Shown here: piece after piece, positions 18,849 to 27,186 of the stretch
How the letters are laid out: every line of letters starts with the position of its first letter
How positions within the stretch are numbered: the first letter of the stretch is position 1
Assembly: GCA_009929055.1 (NCBI GenBank)
Contig: SABI01000001.1
Span: 1 to 56,173, forward strand
Length of the DNA stretch: 56,173 nt
Reading direction: 5' to 3'
From: Spirochaetia bacterium
Lineage (GTDB): Bacteria; Spirochaetota; Spirochaetia; Sphaerochaetales; Sphaerochaetaceae
Notes under the pieces: generated by a model
Database searches by the model: none
What the model was told of the DNA's origin: nothing
The model's input: only the letters and a program-made list of their open reading frames with translations
Position numbers and translations under genes: made by a program

Positions 18849-19412
18849 TCAATCAATGACAGGAATCATCTCGGCAATGTATGGAAGGGTCCGATATTTC
18901 CCTGCATAATCGAGTCCATATCCTACAACCCATACATCAGGGATTTGAAAGCCAATGTAGTCAAGTTCAACATCAACTTTTCTTCTGTCTGGTTTGTCTA
19001 GAAGTACTGCTGTTTTTAAGGAAGCAACATTTCGGCTAATAAAGTTTCGGCATAAATAATCGAGGGTAAAACCACTATCGAGGATATCTTCAATTATCAT
19101 GACATGCTTTCCTGCTAAATTCTCTCTCGTGTCCATAATCATACGAACGTTTCCATTAGAATTTGAAGTATTTCCATAACTCGATAAAGAGATGAAATCA
19201 ACTTGATGTGGAATATCTAATTTACGGCAGAGGTCGGCAAGAAAAATGAATGAACCCTTTAGAACACCAACAAGAATAAGTTTCCCATTAATATTGGCAT
19301 AATCAGTATTAATTTGCCTTGCTAGTTCGTTGACCCTTCTGGCTATTGTATCAGCATCGATAAGAACACGCACCAATTCGCTGGTGAGAGGCGGAATTGC
19401 AATTGATGGCAT
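18849..19412 (-). CDS. hpt: hypoxanthine(-guanine) phosphoribosyltransferase
   Basis: PRPP motif VMIIEDILDSGFTL and the C-terminal YRTLPYI motif. The start is moved to ATG 19412, which has an AAGGAG RBS; the 23-codon ORF-track extension has none. Confidence 0.9.
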   Translation of the reverse strand: MPSIAIPPLTSELVRVLIDADTIARRVNELARQINTDYANINGKLILVGVLKGSFIFLADLCRKLDIPHQVDFISLSSYGNTSNSNGNVRMIMDTRENLAGKHVMIIEDILDSGFTLDYLCRNFISRNVASLKTAVLLDKPDRRKVDVELDYIGFQIPDVWVVGYGLDYAGKYRTLPYIAEMIPVID

Positions 19413-19590
19413 AGCATCTCCTTGATAAAAAGTAGAACCTTTTATGGTAATTGGATAACAGAAAAGGGAGGCCCCTGTCAAGCCAAACGGGCATTTGTTA
19501 TTACATTTACCCCTTTTATAGAGCCTAAGTCTTATTCGTTAAACAATTTCTTTATATAAAAAAGAGAGATTATGTTTACACATATTCTTC

Positions 19591-21240
19591 TCATTTACTC
19601 TTAGATGAAAGGCTCATATTCTGAAGAGCGTCAATAGCTTCAATTACGTTCGTATATACTTTTTTTGTAGTAAGAGTTTCGATAAGATTAAATCGTTCGC
19701 AGAGTTCTAATACATCTGGCTGCAAGGCACAGAGGAATACTTTCACCTTTTTTTTCTTAAAAGAGGTAATTGCAGTCTGTAAAGCTATAATTGTCGAATA
19801 ATCAATTAATGGCACTCCCCTTAGTGAGATGATAAGGGGGCCTTTTGTATCAAACTCAGCTAAAGCATCTTCAAAAGCTACTCTTGTTCCAAAGAAGAGA
19901 GGGCCAGATATGTACATAACTTGAGCATTAGAGTGTTCTTTATCAATAATGTGTCCTTCAACACCTTTTGTATCAATTGGGGTATATGAGTAAGTAATTT
20001 TGCTACTTTTAAGGAAAAACATCAGTATTGAAAAACTCACTCCTAAAAGGATTGCTATAGTGAGGTCAAAGACTACTGTTGTACTTAATGTAATAACAAA
20101 TTGAGCAATAGAGGTTTTGCTTTTATGGGAAAACATCTCTTTAATACTAGTCCAGTCATTCATCCTAATTGCAGTAACGACGAGGATACTAGAAAGGGCA
20201 ACTAAGGGAACTTTAGACATGAGGGGGGCTAAGAATAAAACAATAAAGAGTAAAACTACACCATGAATAATGCTAGTTAAGCGCGTAATTCCACCATTGG
20301 AAATAGCTACACTTGTTCGAGCAATAGCAGCAGTAGACGGAATTCCCCCTAAAAAGGGGAGGAGGGTATTCACAATACCTTGTGCATAGAGTTCTTGCCC
20401 TACATTACTTTTTTCATTCTTCATCACCTCTCCACTAACTAGGCATAGGAGTGTCTCAACCATACCAAGGGCTGCAATACTTAAGGCACTTGGAAGGATT
20501 TTTGAGATGAGAGTGAGGTCAATAGAAGAGATTTTTAGTCTAAAAGGGAGGAGGAGAGATTGAGGAATTTCTCCAACAAGGGTAAGGGGAATTTTGAATA
20601 CAGAAGATGCTAATAAAGCAAGGATGAGAACTATCATACTTCCAGGAATTTTCTTTCCCCATTTCTTAGGCCAAATAAACATAATTAAAATGAGGATAAT
20701 AGTAGTAAGAAAAGAGGTGTAGTTAATAGGAAATCCGAGTCTCCCATAGGAAATAAATCGTTCAAGTAATGTAAGGCCTTCACTATGAACACCAAAAATA
20801 GTATCAATTTGGCCACCAATGATAACAACAGCTATTCCACTCGTAAAACCAGTAACAACCGCACTAGGAATTATTGTTACAATTTTTCCCATTTTAAAAA
20901 TAGCAGCAATAGTGAGGAATATTCCTGAAAGGAATCCTGCGACAAAGACTCCCTCTAATCCATATACATAACTAATTGGCAATAATATTGCCGCCATCGC
21001 CCCAGTTGGACCGCTTATTTGGAATGAAGACCCTCCTAAGAATCCAATAAAAATACCAGCAAATATTGCAGTAATCATTCCACTTGAGGGGGGAACTCCA
21101 GAGGCAATTGAAAAGGCTAGGGCTAAGGGAAGGGCAACAAGAGCAACAATTAATCCACTAACTGTATCACTTCTTAAAGTGGAAAGGTTGTAGCCTTTAA
21201 ACTCTTGTCTGAGGATTGGAATTAAAGGGATGTGTATCAT
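19591..21240 (-). CDS. SulP-family anion transporter with C-terminal STAS domain
   Basis: 549 aa with more than 10 hydrophobic segments, followed by a soluble STAS-like tail of about 130 aa. Confidence 0.85.
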   Translation of the reverse strand: MIHIPLIPILRQEFKGYNLSTLRSDTVSGLIVALVALPLALAFSIASGVPPSSGMITAIFAGIFIGFLGGSSFQISGPTGAMAAILLPISYVYGLEGVFVAGFLSGIFLTIAAIFKMGKIVTIIPSAVVTGFTSGIAVVIIGGQIDTIFGVHSEGLTLLERFISYGRLGFPINYTSFLTTIILILIMFIWPKKWGKKIPGSMIVLILALLASSVFKIPLTLVGEIPQSLLLPFRLKISSIDLTLISKILPSALSIAALGMVETLLCLVSGEVMKNEKSNVGQELYAQGIVNTLLPFLGGIPSTAAIARTSVAISNGGITRLTSIIHGVVLLFIVLFLAPLMSKVPLVALSSILVVTAIRMNDWTSIKEMFSHKSKTSIAQFVITLSTTVVFDLTIAILLGVSFSILMFFLKSSKITYSYTPIDTKGVEGHIIDKEHSNAQVMYISGPLFFGTRVAFEDALAEFDTKGPLIISLRGVPLIDYSTIIALQTAITSFKKKKVKVFLCALQPDVLELCERFNLIETLTTKKVYTNVIEAIDALQNMSLSSKSK

Positions 21241-21337
21241 ATAAACTCCGAAAAAGGATGATATGAGAGGTATATCACCTTACATGGAACTCAACAAGAG
21301 ATATAGCGGGTGAAAAGGGTAAAAAACTATCCTCTAA

Positions 21338-21367
21338 TTGACTTTACTGTGAGGCTAATTATATAAT
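21338..21367 (+). promoter_or_regulatory. strong sigma-70-type promoter for the flavoprotein/E1 operon
   Basis: TTGACT (21338-21343), 18-nt spacer, TATAAT (21362-21367). This leaves a leader of about 90 nt before the GTG at 21463. Confidence 0.55.
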
Positions 21368-21462
21368 TGAAATAACGGTTAGTCACGACTTCCTTCCATA
21401 TTGCTATTGCGATAGAGTCTGACAGTTAGCTCACTAGAAAAATGAGTTAAGGGGGGAAGATT

Positions 21463-21990
21463 GTGTTTATAGAGAAATCTCTTTCATCATACAAAGAAAA
21501 TATATTCCACGCTATGAAAGATGACTGGTTTTTAATAACTGTAACCTCTCCATCTGAAGTGAATATGATGACAGCTGCTTGGGGAAGTATAGGAGTGATG
21601 TGGAATAAACCCATATTCAATATTGTGGTGAGAAATACACGCTATACATATCAATTATTAGAAAAAGCAGATTCATTTACCTGTTCGTTCTTTTCATCTG
21701 ATTATAGTGAGCAACTCACCTATTGTGGGCGCCATAGTGGAAGAGATGTTAATAAAGCAAAAGAGACGGGACTTACTCCTATAGAGATTGACGGTAACAC
21801 TTCTTCAAAGGTCTTCACATTCGAGCAAGCACATACTGCTTTTTGTTGCAATATTGCCAGCATTACCCCTATTCAACCAGAGCACTTTGTTGACAGCTCT
21901 ATTGAAAAACACTACTTGAGTAAAGATTACCACACGATGTTTACAGGATATATTACACGCCTATTAATTAATGAAGAAAAAGAGGTCTAA
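21463..21990 (+). CDS. flavin-reductase-like (FMN-binding split-barrel) domain protein
   Basis: 175 aa with a GTG start and a GGGGGG RBS. The pattern NMMTAAWGSIG...FNIVVR...FTCSF...SGRDVNKAKETGL...AHTAFCC is typical of the Flavin_Reduct domain. Confidence 0.7.
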   Translation: MFIEKSLSSYKENIFHAMKDDWFLITVTSPSEVNMMTAAWGSIGVMWNKPIFNIVVRNTRYTYQLLEKADSFTCSFFSSDYSEQLTYCGRHSGRDVNKAKETGLTPIEIDGNTSSKVFTFEQAHTAFCCNIASITPIQPEHFVDSSIEKHYLSKDYHTMFTGYITRLLINEEKEV

Positions 21991-21992
21991 CA

Positions 21993-22979
21993 TTGGCTTT
22001 TATATTTGATAAAGAAAAAGGAATTGAAGTCCTTACCCTTATGATACGTTCTCGTGTATTTGAACAAAAGATTGAAGAGTTGTTTACCCTCCATAAAATG
22101 CATGGGACAACTCATCTTGCGATAGGGCAAGAAGCAGTACACGCTGGAGTTGCTTTAGGAATTGAACAAAAAGATTGGATAGTAACGACCCATCGATGTC
22201 ACGGGCATACCCTAGCAAAAGGCTCTTCTCTTGATAAGATGATTGCGGAATTCTTTGGTGATAAAAGAGGTCTTTCAAAAGGTCTTGGAGGCTCGATGCA
22301 CCTTATCGATATGGAACACCATAATGCAGGCTCTAGCGCAGTTGTTGCTAGTGGTGTAGCAATTGCTACAGGGATGGCCCTTCAACTTAAAAGAATGAAG
22401 AGTGATAACATCGTTGTCGCTTTCTTTGGTGATGGAGCGAGTAATAGGGGGGTCATTCATGAAGCAATGAACATGGCTTCAATTTGGAATCTTCCTGTTC
22501 TTTTTTTATGTGAACACAATATGTATGGAATGAGTAGTAGTGCTGATAAAATGATCTCAGTTCCTTCTATTGCCCTTCGAGGAGATTCCTATTCCATAAA
22601 GAGTGAAAGTATCGACGGTAACGATGTTGAACTTGTCTATGACAGAGTGAAATCAATTACTGAAAATATTAAAAAAGAGGGACGCCCATATCTCCTAGAG
22701 ACCCTTACTTATCGTTTTAGTGGACACTCAAAAAATGATAAATTTTTATATAGAACTCGAGAAGAAGAGAATGTGTGGAAATTAAAAGATCCAATTGATG
22801 TCTTTAGTGACCGTCTCATTTCAAGAGGGATAATTAGTGGCTCTGAAATTGAAGCAATTATAACATCAGAAAAAGAAACGATAGAGAAGATTGCAAACAT
22901 TTACCTTAATGATCATCAAGAACTAACATTAGAAGAGGCAATGGAGTTTGTCTATTATAAAGAAGAGGCTACACTTTGA
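21993..22979 (+). CDS. thiamine-diphosphate-dependent 2-oxoacid (pyruvate/acetoin-type) dehydrogenase E1 alpha subunit
   Basis: TPP motif GDGASNRGVIHEAMNMASIWNLPVLFLCEHNMYG. TTG start 2 nt after the previous stop, with an AGAGG RBS. Confidence 0.85.
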   Translation: MAFIFDKEKGIEVLTLMIRSRVFEQKIEELFTLHKMHGTTHLAIGQEAVHAGVALGIEQKDWIVTTHRCHGHTLAKGSSLDKMIAEFFGDKRGLSKGLGGSMHLIDMEHHNAGSSAVVASGVAIATGMALQLKRMKSDNIVVAFFGDGASNRGVIHEAMNMASIWNLPVLFLCEHNMYGMSSSADKMISVPSIALRGDSYSIKSESIDGNDVELVYDRVKSITENIKKEGRPYLLETLTYRFSGHSKNDKFLYRTREEENVWKLKDPIDVFSDRLISRGIISGSEIEAIITSEKETIEKIANIYLNDHQELTLEEAMEFVYYKEEATL

Positions 22980-23962
22980 AAAGAATCACATATCGAGAAG
23001 CAATACGAGAAGCGATGACTGAAGAGATGGCTCGAGATGAGAATGTTGTCCTCATCGGTGAAGATGTTGGCTGTTATGGGGGATGCTTTACCGTCACAAG
23101 TGGACTAATTGAACGCTTTGGAGAGAGACAAGTCATTGAAACCCCCGTCTCTGAAGAGGGCTTAGTAGGCCTCTCAGTAGGGGCAGCTATTATGGGAATG
23201 CGACCAATTGTTGAAATTATGTATGGGGATTTCTCAACACTCGCAAGTGACCCCCTTATTAATCACGCAGCAAAGACCCGATTTATGTCGGGAGGGACAC
23301 AAAGTGTTCCATTAGTCTATAGAACCCCGATGGGTAGTGGCACAGGTGCTGCAGCTCAACACACCCAAAATCTTGAGTCCCTTTTTACTAATATTCCAGG
23401 ATTAACAGTTGTGTATCCAGCGACACCTTCTGATGCAAAAGGGTTAATGAAAAGTGCCATACGAAGTAATGACCCTATCATATTTTTAGAACATAAAAAT
23501 TATGGAGAGCAAGGATTAGTCCCAGAAGGGGAACACTTAATAGAAATAGGAAAAGCTGATATAAAAAGAAAAGGGGAAGATGTTACCATTATTACCTATG
23601 GCAAAGCCCTCTTTAGTGCCCTTATTGCAGCTCAAACATTAGAAGATGATGAAATTTCTGCCGAAGTGATAGACCTTAGAACCCTGCGTCCTCTTGATAC
23701 TCAAACTATATTCACTTCGGTTCAAAAGACAGGAAAAGTAGTAATTCTTCATGAAGCACCATTGTTTGGAGGTTTTAGTGGTGAAATAGTAGCATCTATT
23801 GTAGAAGATCCTACAACATTTGCTTCTCTTAGGTCTCCTGTTATTAGAATCGGAGGTAAAGAGATGCCCTCTCCCTTTAATAAGAACCTTGAAGCTAAGT
23901 TAGTTCCTCAAGGCTCAGATATTGTAGAGAGTGTCCTTTCTCTCTTTTCTTTAGGCGTGTAA
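22976..23962 (+). CDS. 2-oxoacid dehydrogenase E1 beta subunit
   Basis: The N-terminus ITYREAIREAMTEEMARDENVVLIGEDVG is typical of E1-beta. The TTG start overlaps the alpha stop (TTGA). The first in-frame ATG would remove conserved residues. Confidence 0.85.
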   Translation: MKRITYREAIREAMTEEMARDENVVLIGEDVGCYGGCFTVTSGLIERFGERQVIETPVSEEGLVGLSVGAAIMGMRPIVEIMYGDFSTLASDPLINHAAKTRFMSGGTQSVPLVYRTPMGSGTGAAAQHTQNLESLFTNIPGLTVVYPATPSDAKGLMKSAIRSNDPIIFLEHKNYGEQGLVPEGEHLIEIGKADIKRKGEDVTIITYGKALFSALIAAQTLEDDEISAEVIDLRTLRPLDTQTIFTSVQKTGKVVILHEAPLFGGFSGEIVASIVEDPTTFASLRSPVIRIGGKEMPSPFNKNLEAKLVPQGSDIVESVLSLFSLGV

Positions 23963-25519
23963 GAAAGAGCGAGTGTGAGTAAAGACCATTGCAATTCCTA
24001 AAGTATCGCATGCATCAATTACTTCATTATCTCGTATTGACCCACCTGGTTGGATAATAGCTTTGATGTTTTTTCCTTCAAGGATTTCAATACTGTCTTT
24101 AAATGGGAAAAATGCATCTGAAGCGAGTACTAAAGCCTCTTTTTGACCACTTTTTCTTAAAGCAATATCGGTTGCATCAACTCGAGAAACTTGGCCTCCT
24201 CCAATACCACATGTGGTGTGGTTATAAGAGATAACTATTGCATTCGATTTTACATGTTTGACAACATTCCAAGCAAAGAGAAGCTCTTCCATCTCTTTTG
24301 TACTTACTTTCGTTTTTGTTACACACTCTACATCTTTTTCTGTTATCTCTTTAGCATCTTTAGTTTGTAGAAGTAAGTCACTACCAATAAAGCGTCCACT
24401 AAGAATTTCTTTTGGTTTTGTGATTTTTGAGAGTTGTAACACCCTGAGATTTTTCTTTTTCTTAAGAATTTCTAATGCCTGTGGGCTAAAAGATGGAGCT
24501 ACGAGAACTTCTATAAATAGCTTAGATATATAAGAGGCCATTTCCTCATCAAATAGGGCGTTTATAGCAATGATTGAACCAAAGGCACTTAATGAATCGG
24601 CTTCATATGCTTGCTTAAGGGCAACAAGAGGTGAAGGGTTTGAACTTACTCCACAAGGAGTGCCGTGTTTTACTACAACACAGGTAGGTTCATTAAACTC
24701 TCTTAGCGTTTCAATTGCCCCCTGAGTGTCACTCAGGTTGTTAAAAGAAAGATGTTTTCCTTGTAGCTGTGGTGCATCTAATAGACTCATCTCATCTTTC
24801 TTATGAGGAGCTAAAGAGGCTCTATAGACAGCAGCTTTTTGGTGAGGATTCTCTCCATAGCGTAGAGAGCCATCTTCGTTATCACTATTAAATAAGGAAA
24901 ACCCCAATGAGAGTTCTTTCGGGAAAGGAGAATCTTCTAGATAACTTTGAATAAGGGCATCATAGCGGGCAGTATGACTAAAAGCAACAGAAGCCGCTTC
25001 TCTTCTCGTGTTGTATGAAATAAGAGAATTTATAGAAAATTCATCCATAATAGGGCTATATTGGTCTACACTCGTGACAACAAGGACATCATTAAAGTTT
25101 TTGGCAGCAGAGCGAATCATCGTAGGGCCCCCTATGTCGATGTTCTCAATTGCCTCTTCTAAAGTTACGCCCTCTTTTTGGATTGTTTTTTCGAATGGGT
25201 ATAAGTTACATACTACAAGGTCAATCCAATTAATACCGAGCTCATCTGCAACAGATGAATCAACATCTCTTCTGCCAAGGATTCCCCCCATAATGAATGG
25301 GTGCATTGTTTTTACCCTTCCATTCATTATTTCTGGAAAGGAGGTGATATCACTCACACTTTTTACAGGGATGTGGGAGCTTTTTAAGAGGGAATAGGTT
25401 CCCCCTGTTGAATAGATTTCCACCTTGTGAAGGGTGAGAAATTGAGCGAATTCAACGATGCCAGTTTTATCTGAAACAGATATAAGGGCCCTTTTAATTG
25501 AGATGCTTTTTTTATTCAT
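23951..25519 (-). CDS. purH: bifunctional AICAR transformylase / IMP cyclohydrolase
   Basis: 522 aa. N-terminal MGS-like domain (RALISVSDKTGIVEFA) and a C-terminal AICARFT region ending in FTHTRSFLH. Confidence 0.95.
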   Translation of the reverse strand: MNKKSISIKRALISVSDKTGIVEFAQFLTLHKVEIYSTGGTYSLLKSSHIPVKSVSDITSFPEIMNGRVKTMHPFIMGGILGRRDVDSSVADELGINWIDLVVCNLYPFEKTIQKEGVTLEEAIENIDIGGPTMIRSAAKNFNDVLVVTSVDQYSPIMDEFSINSLISYNTRREAASVAFSHTARYDALIQSYLEDSPFPKELSLGFSLFNSDNEDGSLRYGENPHQKAAVYRASLAPHKKDEMSLLDAPQLQGKHLSFNNLSDTQGAIETLREFNEPTCVVVKHGTPCGVSSNPSPLVALKQAYEADSLSAFGSIIAINALFDEEMASYISKLFIEVLVAPSFSPQALEILKKKKNLRVLQLSKITKPKEILSGRFIGSDLLLQTKDAKEITEKDVECVTKTKVSTKEMEELLFAWNVVKHVKSNAIVISYNHTTCGIGGGQVSRVDATDIALRKSGQKEALVLASDAFFPFKDSIEILEGKNIKAIIQPGGSIRDNEVIDACDTLGIAMVFTHTRSFLHA

Positions 25520-25647
25520 ACTCTTTGTGTATCATGTTTTGCCCCTATTGCGCTAGATATCCCCCTTTTATATTTTTTGACTTATCGTTACAATAGGGTC
25601 ACCTTACGCAAGTAGGGTGATTTTGATTCATAGAGAGGCATCTACAT

Positions 25648-27186
25648 ATGGAACTTGATGTTCACAGCCTGCATCCACTAGAGATTAGGTTGCTAAGACA
25701 CGTGTCCCCTGGAGAGATAATTACATCAGGGAGATTGATAGAAGAGCTTAACTACCAAGTAGGGCATTGTAATCAAGCTTTTAGTTGGTTACTGGCAAAA
25801 GGGTGTCTTCAAGAGAAAGAAAGGGTAACAACTTTATGGTATGAGATTACCGATTTAGGGAAATCTTTCCATGAGATAGGAACTCCTGAAGTGAGAATCC
25901 TGAACCTGTTAAACGAGCAAGGGCCACTATCTCTACCTGAGATAGCCACATCCCTCTCCCTTGAGAAAAGTGATATTGGTTCTGCCTTTGGTCAACTTAG
26001 TAAAGCAAAAATAGTGAAAATGGGAGAAGGTAACAAAGCTATTGTTATTGGCCAAGACCTTCCTGTAGAACTCACTATTGCTTCAACAGTTCTCTCTAAA
26101 GGGATAGAGAATCTTTTAAAAGAAGATGATCTAAGTGATGTAGAAAAACAATACCTAAAGAAAAATAGTAAAAAAAGAGTTGCAAGCGGGGTCCCTTTCA
26201 AGATCATTGAAAGAGAAGATATTTCATATACCCTCACAAAAGAGGGTGGTGAAGTAAAAGAAGCTCTCCTTAAAGCTCATATTACAGGGGAAGAACTTGG
26301 TTCTCTCACTTCATCTTTGTTACAAAGTGGAGAGTGGAAAAATCAAAGTTTTAGACCATATTCTCTTAATACACCACCAGCTCGTCTCATCATTGGAAGA
26401 AGAAATCCCTATGCTGCATACCTTCAATGGGTAAAAGATAAATTAGCTTCTCTTGGATTTGAAGAATTCGATGGCCCCCTTGTAGAGAATGAATTCTGGA
26501 ATGGGGATGCTTTGTTTATGCCCCAATTCCATAGTGCAAGAGATATTCATGATGTTTATTATGTGAAAAATCCTTCTCACGCAAAGAAAATAGAAGAGCC
26601 TTATTTATCTCAAGTAGCAGCTACCCATGAAAATGGGTGGAATACAGGAAGTAGGGGATGGCGTTACTCTTTTGACCATGAATTCACTCGGCGTCAAGTA
26701 ATGAGGTCTCAAGGGACAGTTCTTTCTGCTAAGACACTCCCTCACGCTTCAATTCCAGGCAAGTACTTTGGAGTAGCGAGGTGTTTTAGATACGACCAAG
26801 TAGATGCAACTCATGGAGCAGACTTTTATCAAACAGAAGGGATTGTTCTTGGTGAAGATGTAAACTTGAAGACTCTTTTAGGTCTCCTTAAGATGTTTGC
26901 TGAAGAAGTTGCTGGTGCTGAAGAAGTAAAATATGTTCCAGGATATTTCCCCTTTACTGAACCTAGTATCGAAGTGCATATCAAGCATCCAGTTCTTGGA
27001 TGGTTTGAACTTGGTGGTAGTGGAATTTTTAGACCAGAGGTTACAAAGGCTCTTGGAATTGATGTTCCTGTTCTCGCTTGGGGACTCGGAATTGATAGAA
27101 TGGCTCTTATGCACCTAGGGTTAAATGATTTAAGAGAACTCTTTACTCCAGAAATTGAGAACGTTCGCTTAAGGAGAGGTAGATAA
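25648..27186 (+). CDS. pheS: phenylalanyl-tRNA synthetase alpha subunit, archaeal/eukaryotic type
   Basis: 512 aa, long for a bacterial PheS. Class II motif 2 (FRYDQVDATHGADFYQTEG) and motif 3 (GLGIDRMAL). Confidence 0.9.
   Translation: MELDVHSLHPLEIRLLRHVSPGEIITSGRLIEELNYQVGHCNQAFSWLLAKGCLQEKERVTTLWYEITDLGKSFHEIGTPEVRILNLLNEQGPLSLPEIATSLSLEKSDIGSAFGQLSKAKIVKMGEGNKAIVIGQDLPVELTIASTVLSKGIENLLKEDDLSDVEKQYLKKNSKKRVASGVPFKIIEREDISYTLTKEGGEVKEALLKAHITGEELGSLTSSLLQSGEWKNQSFRPYSLNTPPARLIIGRRNPYAAYLQWVKDKLASLGFEEFDGPLVENEFWNGDALFMPQFHSARDIHDVYYVKNPSHAKKIEEPYLSQVAATHENGWNTGSRGWRYSFDHEFTRRQVMRSQGTVLSAKTLPHASIPGKYFGVARCFRYDQVDATHGADFYQTEGIVLGEDVNLKTLLGLLKMFAEEVAGAEEVKYVPGYFPFTEPSIEVHIKHPVLGWFELGGSGIFRPEVTKALGIDVPVLAWGLGIDRMALMHLGLNDLRELFTPEIENVRLRRGR

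Noticed and set aside
19413-19481. N-terminal extensions in the ORF track: hpt 19413-19481, fusA 31396-31446, tpx 56022-56078, lplA 40398-40445, LPP20 paralogue B 8924-8962, purB 17000-17029.
   Set aside because: In each case an internal ATG has a good Shine-Dalgarno sequence at proper spacing. It also coincides with the conserved family N-terminus or signal peptide, and the extension adds non-homologous residues.
19413-19590. Possible purine riboswitch in the leader of the hpt/gpt/purA/purB string.
   Set aside because: The minus strand contains GGTTCTAC and ACCATAAAA, which resemble riboswitch junction elements. They occur in the wrong order, and I could not build a P1/P2/P3 architecture by eye. 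An Infernal scan would be decisive.
21374-21462. Possible TPP riboswitch in the roughly 90-nt leader of the flavoprotein/E1 operon.
   Set aside because: No CUGAGA or ACCUGAUCUGGAUAAUGCC-like core elements are present, only a short CTAT-TGCG-ATAG hairpin.
25520-25647. Hairpin GGGTCACC-(11 nt)-GGGTGATT in the pheS leader as a T-box or attenuator.
   Set aside because: The leader is only about 128 nt, has no specifier-loop or T-box consensus (AGGGUGGNACCGCG), and has no leader-peptide ORF rich in Phe codons.
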